Below the pieces are notes generated by a model. That model saw only the letters and a list, made by a program, of their open reading frames with translations, did not search any database and was not told where the DNA came from. DNA of 64,000 bases. It comes from Octopus bimaculoides (lineage: Eukaryota). The stretch spans positions 144,286,740 through 144,350,739 of the forward strand of contig NC_068982.1 in NCBI RefSeq assembly GCF_001194135.2, in the 5' to 3' direction. Within the stretch, counting starts at the first letter, position 1. Each line of letters begins with the position of its first letter. Below are positions 26,301 through 37,900 of this stretch, one piece after another. The translations under genes were made by a program, and so were the position numbers.

Positions 26301-29300
26301 AAGTGTCCATATTTAAATTAAAATTCTTCCCTTATAATTTCATTTAGGGACATTTTGTTAATCTATGTTCCAAACACCGACTTAATAATGAAACATTTTA
26401 TTAAATTGAAAGATTTAGTAATTTTCCACTAGATATATGGTTGTGAAATGGTTAAGAAATATTTTAAGACAATACTGATTTTTTTTCCAAAAGTTAAAGA
26501 GAGTCAGCTTGGCTGTTTGCTAAGAAGCTTGCTTCCCAACCACATGGTTCTGGGTTCAGTCCACTGCATGGCACCTAGGGCAAGTGTCTTCTACTCTAGC
26601 CTGAAGCCAACCAAAAACCTGAGTGGATTTGGTAGAAGGAAACTGAAAGAAGCTCATCATATATATGTGTATATATGTGTGTGTGTCTTTATGTCTGTGT
26701 TTGTCCCCTCCCCACCACTGCTGGTGTGCTTACATTCCTGTAACTTAGCAGTTCAGCAAAAAGACACCAGTGGGATCGGTACATTCAGCTGAAAGTTCTT
26801 TAAGGTGGTGCTCCAACATGGTCACAGTCAAACAACTGAAAGCAAGTTTATCAATGGCCTGACATAATACATCACAAGCAAAATGGTCTCACCTCTTAAC
26901 CATTTACAATTAAGAGTCAATTGAATTTAGGGAGGAGGGTTTAAGTTGAATTGGTGTCCAAGTTAAGAGATTAACTTCTACGTTATATTGAAAATATAAA
27001 GAGAAAAACTGTCCCGACAACTCTGTCTAATGTATTTTTAGGTGCAGCAAAATGTTCATGGTTTCATCTTATCACTAACATCTTTAAGGGAAACAGCAGG
27101 ATCATAGGAAACCAATGATGGAATGTTAGTAAATATTAAGTCCAAAAATTCATGAAGTAGAATGAGTTAGTTTGCTATAAGAAACAGTGTGAAATCTGCC
27201 ATTACAAGAACACATTGTGAACATTTTGTACTTGCATTTTGATTTTTTGTAAAGTCCATTTAATATATCAACTGTATATAATCACAAAAGAGAACAAGTC
27301 TACAAATGATATCAAGTCAAATTTCCTTTAAACTACAAAATAGAAATAACACAATGGTTATAGCAAAAACTCTTTGGGCTAGATGTAGCACAGATTGATT
27401 TTGCAAATAATGCTTGTTAGTCCTTCTGCCTGCCAAGCTAATTTTTTTTTTAATTATCTATGATACTTCTGATCATTTATGATACTGTTATGGAGGTTTT
27501 TTTATCCAATATAGGCACAGCTGTTGTTGTGTAGGCAGAGGTGGGTGTGACTGTGTGGTAAGAAAGCTTGTTTCTCAACTACATGATTCCAGGTTCAGTC
27601 ACACTGAGTTGTACCTTGGGCAAGTGTCTTCTAGAGTATTAGGCTGGCCAAAGCCTTCTGAGTGAGTCTGGTAGACAAAAACTGAAGAAGCTTATTATGT
27701 GCATGCGTCTGTCCACCACCACTTGACAACTGGTGATAGCTTGCTTACATCCCCAGTAACTTAGCAATTCAGTAAAAAGAGACCAACGGAATAAGTAGCA
27801 AACTTGGAAAAGAATATAAGTACTGCGGTTGATCTGTTTGACTAAACCCTTCAAGGTGGTGCCCCAGCATGGCTGCAATCCAATGACTGAAACAAGTAAA
27901 AGATAAAAGAATTCTTTGCTGACCTTATTTATGTATGTTTTTTTCCACAGAGACCACATGTACCTCTACAATAAAGGTTAGTCACATTGCTTTCTAGTTG
28001 ACTGGAATGTACAATCTACACAAACAATCCAACCATCATAACATTGTGCATTTTCTCTACTCTGTAGCAAATAGACATGTATCTATATTTAAGCTTAAAG
28101 AGAGAAGTTGAAGCTAATGTCAACTAAATATTTTGTAGTTTCTTTCTTGGGGTATCTTAATAAATGCAGCAGAAACTTTGTTACAAAAATATGGTATATA
28201 TATTTTAGTAAAACATACCTTATATATTGCTTGCTTGGCATTCAAATAAAACAGTTCTATTGCAGGCTTGTCGCGAAGATGTGCTATAGATTCCACATAG
28301 AATCTAGTAAAATAAAAGAATTACAATAAAATGACTGAAAAAGAATGAACCTCAACAAAATTTCTTCTTTTCTTTTGACTAGAAAAACAAAGACCTTATA
28401 TTTTAATGGTGTTTGAAAGTAGCACAAATAAAAGTATTTGGTTTTAACCAGAGACTAGAATTAGTTTGTAAAATTGACTCCTAAGTAGTTATCACATTAG
28501 TGCACTCTCTACATTATTCATTAATGTGATGGTGAAGAATAGACTATGGGTGACATATAATCACAGAAGGAGCATTTGAAGTAAGCTTTAGGATCTGAGA
28601 AAAAAAAAATTCTGTTTTTAGGATATTGAAATATCAAATGGATATCCTCTCATATTGATTGAATTCTGAGAGAGTTCCATGGCAGCACTTATTAAAAGAA
28701 ATGCTGTCCATGGCAATGACTAAGAAAGAATTTGAAGTCCCTAGACCAAGAATTTATTATTCAGAATTAATAATAGCAATAGCAAGAACAGTTAATATAT
28801 GGTAAAATCAATTTGATTTACTTTTCAACAGCAGTAAGAAAAGTGTCTCTGACTGATTAAGATAATTAGTATACATTAGCATCGTTCAGAATTCACAGTT
28901 GTAATTATCAACGTTGTCACCATCACAGTACTTTGTCATCAGACAACATAGCAACAGAGAAAGAAATGACTAATTTTGTTGCTGGATATGTAATTTTATT
29001 TATGACATAATTTTCTTTTATGTCCAGATGCTTTTCCTGTCACCAACAATTTTACAATGTGGACTTGATGCATTTTATCATGCCACTAGCACTAGAGAAG
29101 TTAACAGCAGAACTAAACAGTCCTTCCAACTTTCTCTTCATTTGTTCTTTTCTTTCATCAACCACCTTACAGTGTGAGTAGCTGCATTTTATTGTTACCA
29201 GTACTACACACCCTTTACATCTTTATACATATAAAATAAACTTTGTCAATTGATTAGGGAGCTCACCAAAAGTCATAACATACATTTATATTGATTAAAT

Positions 29301-32300
29301 ATTATTTTACAAGATAAATGGCAATCATTCTTTACAAACAAAAGTTTTAAAAGTGATATTTATATCATTCATCAAGGAATAAAAAGGCAACCCCTGCAAC
29401 TACTCGTCTGAAACAATTCAAACTGAACATTATATCATCTTCAGCAAACTATATTTACAATTCAGTACAGTGGAGAGCTTTAAAAGGTTGTATAAAACAA
29501 CTCTTCTTTCTTCTACTAACGAAAAAAAACAAAAAAAACTGTTGTAATGCAAATACAGTCCAAATAGTAACATTATATTGCTTCCAACAAATTATCCATC
29601 TATTGCCTTAAACTTATATAATCATCCAGTCCTCGTCTTACCTCCTTGTGTTTTGGATCAGTAATGAGCATTTCCTTAATATTTACTTCCCAGAACTGTA
29701 ATAGTTTAAATTCTTCCTCAATCATTAACATGTGAGTTCAAACCAAACCATATTAACATTACCAAACTAACTCTATTTTTACAGATTCAGAAGGCCTGAA
29801 ATTTTTACAGATTCAGAAGGCCTGAAAAATGTTATGAATACTACTCAAAATTGAATAGAAAAGAAAATAATCTGCTCCCGAGACTTCATTTTTATCAAAG
29901 CCCTTATTGTTTTTACTGCAAAGAATATTGAACTAAACATATTTCTCAAACAGTATGTAAAATACTATCTGTCTGACTATGTTCCATGAAAAGTCACTAC
30001 AATTCATATCTAATTTCAAAAATTTTATTGTAATTTTCATTTAAACTGAAAATTTGCACTGAAACTTTATCTCAACTTTACTTTTCATCTCTTTATAAAT
30101 TATCATTAAATGGTAACAAGTTCCTACTTCTAGTTACAAGCCATTCTCTCTACAAAACTAAATTCTGAAAGCTCTCTCAGTTATTCAACCTATCAATACA
30201 TACCTTTCAGCTGATTCCATTTAAGTTACATTAAATAACTGCTAATGTTAACCCAATAGTACTACAGTGTATTTTGTAACCAAAGAAGTAAATGAGGATG
30301 TGTCACACTGATATAAACTTAAAAACTTTTGAGTGAAGGATGTAAGCACTTCAATTGAGCCATGTATTTATTTCAGCAACCACAGTGTATATGTATGGCC
30401 TAGTGGTTAGGGTGATTGACACTTGATCATAAGGTCATGGGTTCAATTTCTGAATCAGAGTGTGAACTGTGTTCCTGAGCAAAACAGTTGTTCTTATGTA
30501 CTCAGCTGTAATGAGTAGAAGCTGAGTGCAGCTCTTTCTCTCCATTCAGCCATCATATCCTGGATGTTCTGTGGCATTAAGGGTGAGGGGACAAAATGAT
30601 AGTCTATATCTACTTGTAAACTACATAGACACCTAAAACAATTAGTAAAAGCCAATGATGTGAGTTGTATTTAGAGGAATAAAAGGCAATGTCAACAGTG
30701 CTGTGATTTGAACTTAGGACATTGAGGTTCGAAACTAAATGCTGTTAGTCATCTAATCTGGCATCCTAGCTATCTACAATTTCTACCAAAAATAAACTAA
30801 ATCTTGAACACCTTTATCATATATAAATGTTCCAAAAACATACAGACCTCTCTGGAAACATTGATTTGCTCTCAATGGTACACAATTGTATAACTGTTTC
30901 TTAGGTATCTCAATATATCTAATGTTCTTTGATTATAAACACTACTGTCATAATAATGGAGATGTGTTAGAGATGTGTAGACTACTGATCATAGTCAACG
31001 GTTCAAACCTTACAATAATCAAACCATATTTCAGAATCAGTCAAAGAACAACTCTTTAAAAAACAAAATTCCTGTTACACAGTTGCACATTGGCAACATT
31101 GATGATATTGTTTTTAAATTATATAGCAGCTGGTCTTTCTTTTGTTTTCTTTTTTTCTTTCTTTCTAAATATACTTTATAGTTTTCTAAATTCAAGACAC
31201 AACCAAACATTGAAATATTCCTAGAATGTCAGCACAAGCTAACAACAGAGGAATTTCTGTGGTACTGAAGACTGTAATGGCAACACAGCTGAGTAATCAC
31301 ATGCAAAATTGTGTCCTATTTTTATAATCAATACACATTACACCCAAATGCCAAGATATAAGGATTCGCTTTTTATTACATACAAACCCTTTTCACAATC
31401 TTCCATAAGTATCACCATCATAAAACAGGTTCCAAATATATATACATACATTATGCTTCTCTTAATTTGAAATGACAATCCTGAATTCAATTTTATTCCT
31501 AGCCCAAGGCCTGATGACAATAAACCTGTTCTCTAGATTATAATGCTCATGAATAAAAACAAAAAAATAAATATAATCAACTCTCTAATTTCTTTTTTTT
31601 TTTTATTATTCTTGGTTCTCTCTATTCCTCTCTCTCTCACCCTTTCATTTCTGACTCACTGAACATGAGTCCAGCAACAAAAGGATCAATTCTAAAAGGC
31701 TTCCCACACAATTTTTCAGGAATATTTTTGAAACTAGCATTTGAAATAGTTGATACATTGACAAGCAGTCTGTCGTTCACTATACAATGAACATGTGAAA
31801 GCTATCCAGTAATTGCATTTTTGTTCATACTATATTTCTCAATGTTTTATTGCATTTGTATTCACTTTCACAGATTTCCATATTCTTTTTAAAATGAAAG
31901 AAAATATATAACTTTCTCTAATAAGATATTTAGTTTTAAAACCTCAGAGCATAAATATCATCATCATCATCATTATTCTTGGTAGTGAGCTGGCAGAATC
32001 ATTTGCAAATCAGTCAAAATACCTAAGGGCATTTCTTCTAACTCTAAACATTCTGAGTTCAAAACACACCAAGGTCAATTTTGCCTTTCATCCTTTCAGG
32101 GCTTATAAAATAAAATTCCAATCAAGAACTGGAGTTAATGTAATGAACTAGCCTCTCACTTCAAAAACTGCCAGCCTTGTGCCAAAAATTTGAAACAATT
32201 ATTATCATTATTATTTGGTGGTGAGCTGGCAGAATTATTAGCACAGACTGTCTGTCTCAACAATCTGAGTTCAAATTCAGCTGAGGTCAACATAGCCTTT

Positions 32301-33126
32301 CATCCTTTCAGGGTTGATAAAATAAGTACCAGTTGAGCACTGGGGTTGATGTAATCAACTAACCCCACTTTCCAAAATTTCAGGCCTTGTGCCTATAACA
32401 GAAAGGATTATCATCATTACTGTTATTATAATTTAAGGTGGTGAACTGGCAGAATCATTAGCATGCCAAACAAAATGCTTAGTGGCATTTTGTTGTTCTC
32501 TATGTCCTGAGTTCAAATTCCACCAACGTCGACTTTGCCTTGCATCCTTTCAGAGTTGATAAATTGAGTACCAGTTGAGCACTAGCATTGATGTAGTCGA
32601 CTAGACCCCTCCACCAAAATTGCAGGCCTTGTGCCCATAGAAGAAAGGACTATTATTATTATTATAATAATTATTATCAGTATCATTATTATGTTTGAGT
32701 AGCATCAGTTAGTGTAAAGGATGTAGTTAAAGTAACTTCCACAAAAAGTTATGTAGATTGAGAAACAATGGTGGAATTTGAAAGGACGGCACCATCTGGT
32801 AATAATCAAAGTTTCATTAGAATTACCCCAAATTCATTTTATTATCCATTTCATACCATTGCATCTGTGAATTAATAGTAGATTCTGCCATTATATGATA
32901 CACGTTATTACATAAGGTGATACTAAACAGAATTTTCTAGAAGCAAAACTACATACATAGTAAATATATGAACAAGAAATCATGTGTGTGTGCATGTGTG
33001 TGTCCCTAAGGGGAAAAAATATCAGTAGTGAGAATAGCCGATTCAAAAATATGATTTTTAAAAAAATTAATAGAATGATTTTAAAAAACAAGAATGTAGA
33101 TCAATAGTTGATCAAAAAGAAAGGAC

Positions 33127-33182
<56 letters not shown>

Positions 33183-33246
33183 NNNNNNNNNNNNNNNNNN
33201 NNNNNNNNNNNNNNNNNNNNNNNNNNNNNNNNNNNNNNNNNNNNNN

Positions 33247-33295
<49 letters not shown>

Positions 33296-34049
33296 GGGGA
33301 ACAATAAATATTAGTTCAGAATCATAATTCTAATGTTTTTTGAGGGCTAACAATAAACTGCATTTGGAAATTTTGTGTATTTGCCACAGACTGCAGACAG
33401 TAAACATGACAAAACTCTGTCAATTTGCATTTGAAAATATTTAAAAACAGAAATGTAATGGAAATGGTTAAGTGCAATCATAACAAAGATAATGATGCTT
33501 ACAGTGATATTCCATAATGTTTATATATGTACAAATATGTGGGCCTAGTGGTTAGGACACAGCACTTGCAATTGCAAGATCATGGTTTTGATTCCTGGAC
33601 CAGGCACTTCACCTTATGTTGCACTGTGATCACTTGAACATCTGATATGTGGGCACATTGTGCACCTGTACAGACAATGTCAATTTGGTGGAGGGAGTGA
33701 GCTAATATACAGCTCAAATATTTGATCACTATAAACAAATCATCTGTGCAGAGTGGTCAGCAAAAAATTACAGAACCCTCATTTGCCATCTATGACAGGA
33801 GAGTCCACAAGAGTCCATGATGTGTATGTGCTAGATTTCACATAATATTTCAGTTGTTCCTATTATTTTGACTTCCTTCTACATCACTTATATAAATCTT
33901 AATACTTATTAAAATTGTATTTTTAAAGAACAAGTGTGGAATATAATAAAACTACTTACTTAATGCCTAGATACAAAAGTAAGAGAGAACGTCGAGAAAA
34001 ATCATGGTCCAATACTTTCTTGTCGAGATGAAGCCAAAAAGTGTTCCCT
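15619..34049 (-). CDS. FRMD4A: FERM domain-containing protein 4A/4B orthologue, partial (8 internal coding exons, FERM F1-F3)
   Basis: Eight AG/GT-bounded exons join in frame (627 nt): GNTFWLHLDKKVLDHDFSRRSLLLLYLGIKFYVESIAHLRDKPAIELFYLNAKQAIYKGLLECNSETVFELAAYVLQITYGNFTTVENAREDLKKLYVVPTRTLQEHPSLGYCEERVLFHYQKIEGTSRGLSIVNYMTICESLPTYGIHYYEVKDKKDIPWWLGISHKGISVYDKTDKQTPRKIFHWKQLENLYYREKKFSVEVHDPK. I recognise the FRMD4 motifs from memory of the human proteins (EHPSLAYCEDRV, ESLPTYGVHYY, IPWWLG, FQWRQLENLYFREKKFSVEVHDP). 4A vs 4B cannot be assigned. Confidence 0.95.
18661..19470. repeat. Old three-copy repeat: inverted arms 18661-18900 / 19185-19424 plus a direct partial copy at 18990-19125
   Basis: Shared blocks such as tcaagaaagcatctc, gctaaaaagcac and cttagacaaatttagcct. 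Roughly 75% identity. Confidence 0.8.
20068..20269. repeat. ~30-bp inverted repeat bracketing a truncated SINE-A copy
   Basis: atttgtgactcaaggtagcaaactggtagaac (20068-20099) vs the reverse complement of 20240-20269: one mismatch and a 2-nt indel. Confidence 0.85.
20364..20450 (-). CDS. FRMD4A: FRMD4 exon g (87 nt, phase 0/0): DKKDIPWWLGISHKGISVYDKTDKQTPRK
   Basis: Acceptor ctatctttcaatttccag, donor gtatgt. Contains IPWWLG. Confidence 0.96.
21289..21346 (-). CDS. FRMD4A: FRMD4 exon f (58 nt, phase 2/0): YMTICESLPTYGIHYYEVK
   Basis: Acceptor ttttttttttccag, donor gtaagt. Contains the FERM LPTYG motif. Confidence 0.96.
22400..23100 (-). mobile_element. Highly decayed LINE-like segment (purine-rich on the + strand)
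   Basis: Strand-biased GA-rich composition like 42300-43150. No clear motif. Confidence 0.35.
23430..24260 (-). mobile_element. RTE fragments flanking exon e (3' end at 23430-23585; RT at 24040-24250)
   Basis: The minus strand of 24040-24250 reads RRGTMDVIFLVRQLQEKYLAKS*PLYLAFIDLAKVFNRV. 23430-23585 matches the RTE terminus at 47240-47400. Confidence 0.75.
23651..23716 (-). CDS. FRMD4A: FRMD4 exon e (66 nt, phase 2/2): EERVLFHYQKIEGTSRGLSIV(N)
   Basis: Acceptor ctttcttttcatttttacag, donor gtaagt. Confidence 0.95.
24786..24869 (-). CDS. FRMD4A: FRMD4 exon d (84 nt, phase 2/2): VENAREDLKKLYVVPTRTLQEHPSLGY(C)
   Basis: Acceptor tatattactgcag, donor gtatg. Contains the EHPSL motif. Confidence 0.94.
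25509..25588 (-). CDS. FRMD4A: FRMD4 exon c (80 nt, phase 0/2): GLLECNSETVFELAAYVLQITYGNFT(T)
   Basis: Acceptor ttttcttttcctttgcag, donor gtaagt. Confidence 0.95.
26249..26451. mobile_element. TTAA-flanked MITE (203 bp)
   Basis: Structure TTAA|CCATT...AATGG|TTAA. Internally related to 11672-11909. Confidence 0.7.
28219..28303 (-). CDS. FRMD4A: FRMD4 exon b (85 nt, phase 2/0): FYVESIAHLRDKPAIELFYLNAKQAIYK
   Basis: Acceptor ttcttttattttactag, donor gtatgt. Aligns with human FYIESISYLKD..IELFFLNAK. Confidence 0.95.
30375..30620 (+). mobile_element. Decayed tRNA-headed SINE
   Basis: A-box-like tggcctagtggttagg and B-box-like gggttcaatttc. A similar head lies at 33538-33810. Confidence 0.6.
31981..32690 (+). 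mobile_element. Three head-to-tail SINE-A copies separated by (ATT/ATC)n tails
   Basis: Copies at ~31981-32197, 32217-32407 and 32435-32650, each with a different set of substitutions. Confidence 0.9.
33960..34049 (-). CDS. FRMD4A: FRMD4 exon a (90 nt, phase 2/2): GNTFWLHLDKKVLDHDFSRRSLLLLYLGI(K)
   Basis: Acceptor tttctttctttacag, donor gtaagt. Aligns with human GHLNWLQLDRRVLEHDF. Confidence 0.93.
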
Positions 34050-34865
34050 CTGTAAAGAAAGAAATTATTTCATTAACACTACTGCATATTTGAAATGGTA
34101 ACACACAAAGAGCATAAAATAAGTTACCAACAAAAATTAGATTAAGCAACACACAAAGCTAGAGCTGAAATGAAATTGTCTTAGAATGAACATTGTTTTA
34201 ATACATTTTAACATATTTTAATATATTAGATATCTGTTGATGAAGAATAAGTGTTATGGTTAAATAAAGTGAGCCATATATATAATCCCTCTTTATTTTG
34301 AACTATTTAGAAGATAAATTTCCAGCTTCACTTGTTTTTATGCGAGAAGATGAATATGGCATTAGACTTAAAATTATATAACAGAAATAAGTAGTTAGTA
34401 GTTCTTATACTTAGAAAGAAAAAGCATATAAAAACTACGAAGTAATTTAGAGTTGGTTAAATTTATGAAAGTACAGTTTATCAATTAATTTAGTATTGAG
34501 TTTTTGAGGTAACTCCAAAAAGAAAATGGCTCAAGTAGGGAATCTCAAACTGGACTGTTCTTCTGGTGTTGGAGACTTAATCCATCACCCTGTGTAACAT
34601 GACCACCTGGCCCATAGGTTCCCTTTGCAGAGTCCAGTCTGTTGCAAGTACTTGAGCCAAATCTTTGCTCTGAGTAACTTTTTCTCTTCTCCCCACTAGT
34701 TTCCAAGTCTCTAAAAGATGGTCAGAGGCGATGCCCTCTTTCACGAAGCTGTTCAAAAAAAAATCAAAAAGACAACAAATGTCTATTTTCAGTGGAATTA
34801 TTAGAAAATCGGGAACATAAGTCAACAGTTTTGGGTTCCGGTTCAAAACCCTTTATATGAAGGGG

Positions 34866-34954
34866 AAAAAAAAAAAGAAAGAAAAAAAAAAGAAAGAAAA
34901 AAAAAAGAAAGAAAAAAAAAAGAAAGAAAAAAAAAAGAAAGAAAAAAAAAGAAA
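34866..34954. repeat. A-rich 15-bp tandem repeat (GAAAGAAAAAAAAAA)n
   Basis: About 5 consecutive units. Confidence 0.9.
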
Positions 34955-37900
34955 TTGATGAAGTGTCTTAGGTAGTTTGCAGTAAACTAGTACACGCTAA
35001 ATAAGTGTTACAGGTTGATTGTTAATGAGATAAGAAAACAAAGATGGTGAGATTGTTAAGAGAAAGAATTGAAAAGAAAGTAGCTAATGTAAATATGAAC
35101 AAAATATTTTAGGTAAGCATTGGAAAGTAAACTAATCTATAACTTGAATCAACGTATCATTTTACTAGAATCACATAGCTGTCCTATTAAGTGTCAGTTT
35201 GTAGTTATAGATTTGCTGTATCCACATTAGACTGACACACATCCTATGGTTCTGAGGTTCTACCTAAAGACCTGTGTTCCAAATACTTCTCTATTTGAAA
35301 CTTGGGTTCTTTAAAACAAACATCACTGGGTGGTGTTGCTATTATTTAGGCCCGAGTCTGCCCTGATTGAGCAGGCCTATGATCAATTTGCCTTATTGAA
35401 TATACATATATATATATAGGAGACTAAATTGTGCAATGTCTTTCCTTTTGTAAGTTGCGTAAGGGTGTTATTTTAGGGAGATTTGGCTGCTAATCCAGCC
35501 AGTCAAGCAACTGAGCAGGACATCAGTCATAGGCTTTTGGGATGCTCTGTTTTCAAATTAGAAACCTTAGTAGTCACACTGTCCCTGGCATCATTGTTTC
35601 TTATGACATTAAAGTTTGTTACAGGTATGACTTGAGATTCTGTCATGCTAATGAACATCTCTTTGTTTGTGTGGCTATTTGATAACTGATGTCTGAGAAT
35701 ATTGAATTTTTGCTTCACTGATTGCATGTGGATGAATGGTTTGTGAAGGAAAGGTTTGTTGTCTATACTTAAAAGTCATCATCTTTGCTAGTTAAGCCAT
35801 GCACGCCTATGTATTCAGGAAATTTATCAGTTCAACCCCAGGCTTGGCTCAGCAGCATCATATGTCATGATGAGCAATAGAAGACATAACTATAAATTAT
35901 CAAAGAAGACCTTGCATTTGATAACATCTTTTTTCTATCTACAGTGTTCACCACAGTAATGCAAACTAAACTTAAATTAAGTAGTTGTTTAGAACACAGG
36001 TTCAACTAGAGAAGTCTGTCAGGCCAGTAAAATGAATGTTAATGCATATACAAATATGGAAGATGTACTAATGAAGGTAGAAACTGTGCAGAAATGTTAC
36101 ACTGTAATATAAGTAAAATAACACATAAAAAATGAAGAGACACTATTAGGTCTTTATGCAAAACATCACGTCTAAAATGAATTAGATAGTTAGGTAAATA
36201 AAGAAATAATAATTTCAAATTACTGACACAAGGATACAAATTTGGGGATGGGTACAAGCAATCAAATTGACTAATATTTGACTAGTACTTTATTTTGTCT
36301 AATCCAAATGGTTGAAAGACAGAGTCAACCTTGTCAGAGCTTGAACTAAGAATATAATGAGATGCAACTAAATCCTCTTCAAAAAAATAACAAAGAAACC
36401 TACCCAAAAACTATAATATAATTTTCTGTGTAAGAACAGCAATGGAAAATAAAGTAAATGTTTCCAAAGCCATAGAGACACAACAGAATCAGGGATTAGC
36501 TTCTATTGTTATTTAGCTCCAGTCAATCTTAATAGAATTAGCATATAATCAAAGGCATACTCTGACTATGCCACCCATTCTTTGAACATAGCATATCCAG
36601 GACTAAATCATCCAATATCTTGCTCAATTTTCAAGATGATGGTTGGGTATAATTTGAAGGAGATTTAACTTCAATTTCTAGCATATCTACCAACTACATA
36701 AAGATTTCCTCATTAGTTTCATACTGTTATGGAAAGGACAGATTACCAAGGATAGGATGCTAGTCTCCATTGCAGTTGACATCTCTCAAAGTTCTGTTTG
36801 ATAACTGTGATTAATTGTGACAAAATTACATGCATTGAGGCAAGTACAATTCTGCATGATGTCCAAATGTATAATAGAATGCCTACCAAGGATTTGACCT
36901 CAATACCTATCACTCAGATGCAAACCCTTAAATCTTCTCAGCCAAAAAGGTAAATAGGCTAACAAAAAGTTTATTCACAACTATCTCTTACTTGTTTTGG
37001 CCCATAAGTTAAGGCCATGCTGGAGCACTACCATTGCAAATTTTAGTAAAAATTCCTCAGTGTAGGCACTGAACAAGATTGAACCCAGCCCAGGATGTCT
37101 CATACTGTTGCCTGAATATGTCTTTACTCATGAGACAACCATGTCAACTACTTTATTAATTCACATATATATTAGTAATTTAAGAAATGTCAGTTTGATA
37201 AAATTTCAAAACAAACATTTTTAAAGCAGACTTTAAAATCCTTGAAGAACTGTATCATGATGGATAATAGGTGAGTATAGGAGTTAGATTTCTTAATATA
37301 ATTGATACAATTACAAAAGCATATTTAAAAAAAAAAAAAATCATATTTTGCAAATTACAGAACTTAAATTTACTCTACTAAAAAGTAAATAAATACTACA
37401 CAGGTGTTCACTAAAATGCTCTTTTGATATTATATAAATTAACAGACAACAGATCTTTGAATCAGCAAATGAGTGTTTATAAAAAAAAACAAAAACATTC
37501 AATATTGAAATCTGATAAAGGTGAGTCAGTCACTCAGAGAACTGATCTCTAATTTCTGTCAAGGGGAATTTTCAAGTAAAAGGCTGACCTTAAAAAGACA
37601 GTTAAAGAGCTCAGTCAATGAAGATGTAATTTTAATCAATGCTTTTCAAATGTTATTGCTCATTAGCTTGCTAAGGCATGTTCCTCCCACTGTACAAATG
37701 ACATCATTATAATGCTCTTCTCACATTAAAACAGAATGTAATGATAGCAAATATGAAAATGCAGGTTTGCAAAATGCTTGAAATCTAACTTGAGATAATT
37801 GAAAATTATATACAAATTTTTATGAGAAAAATGATGAAAATAATGTTTTAGTGCAAATATTAAATGGATATTGATTTCTTAAAGATGCTCAAGACAAAGG

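Noticed and set aside
34577-34846. Relatively GC-rich minus-strand ORF with a good acceptor just upstream of exon a
   Set aside because: No recognisable homology, and candidate donors are phase 0, incompatible with exon a.
35527-35727. Hydrophilic 66-aa minus-strand ORF (MQSVKQKFNIL...)
   Set aside because: Bounded by stops, with no usable splice sites or motif. Consistent with chance.
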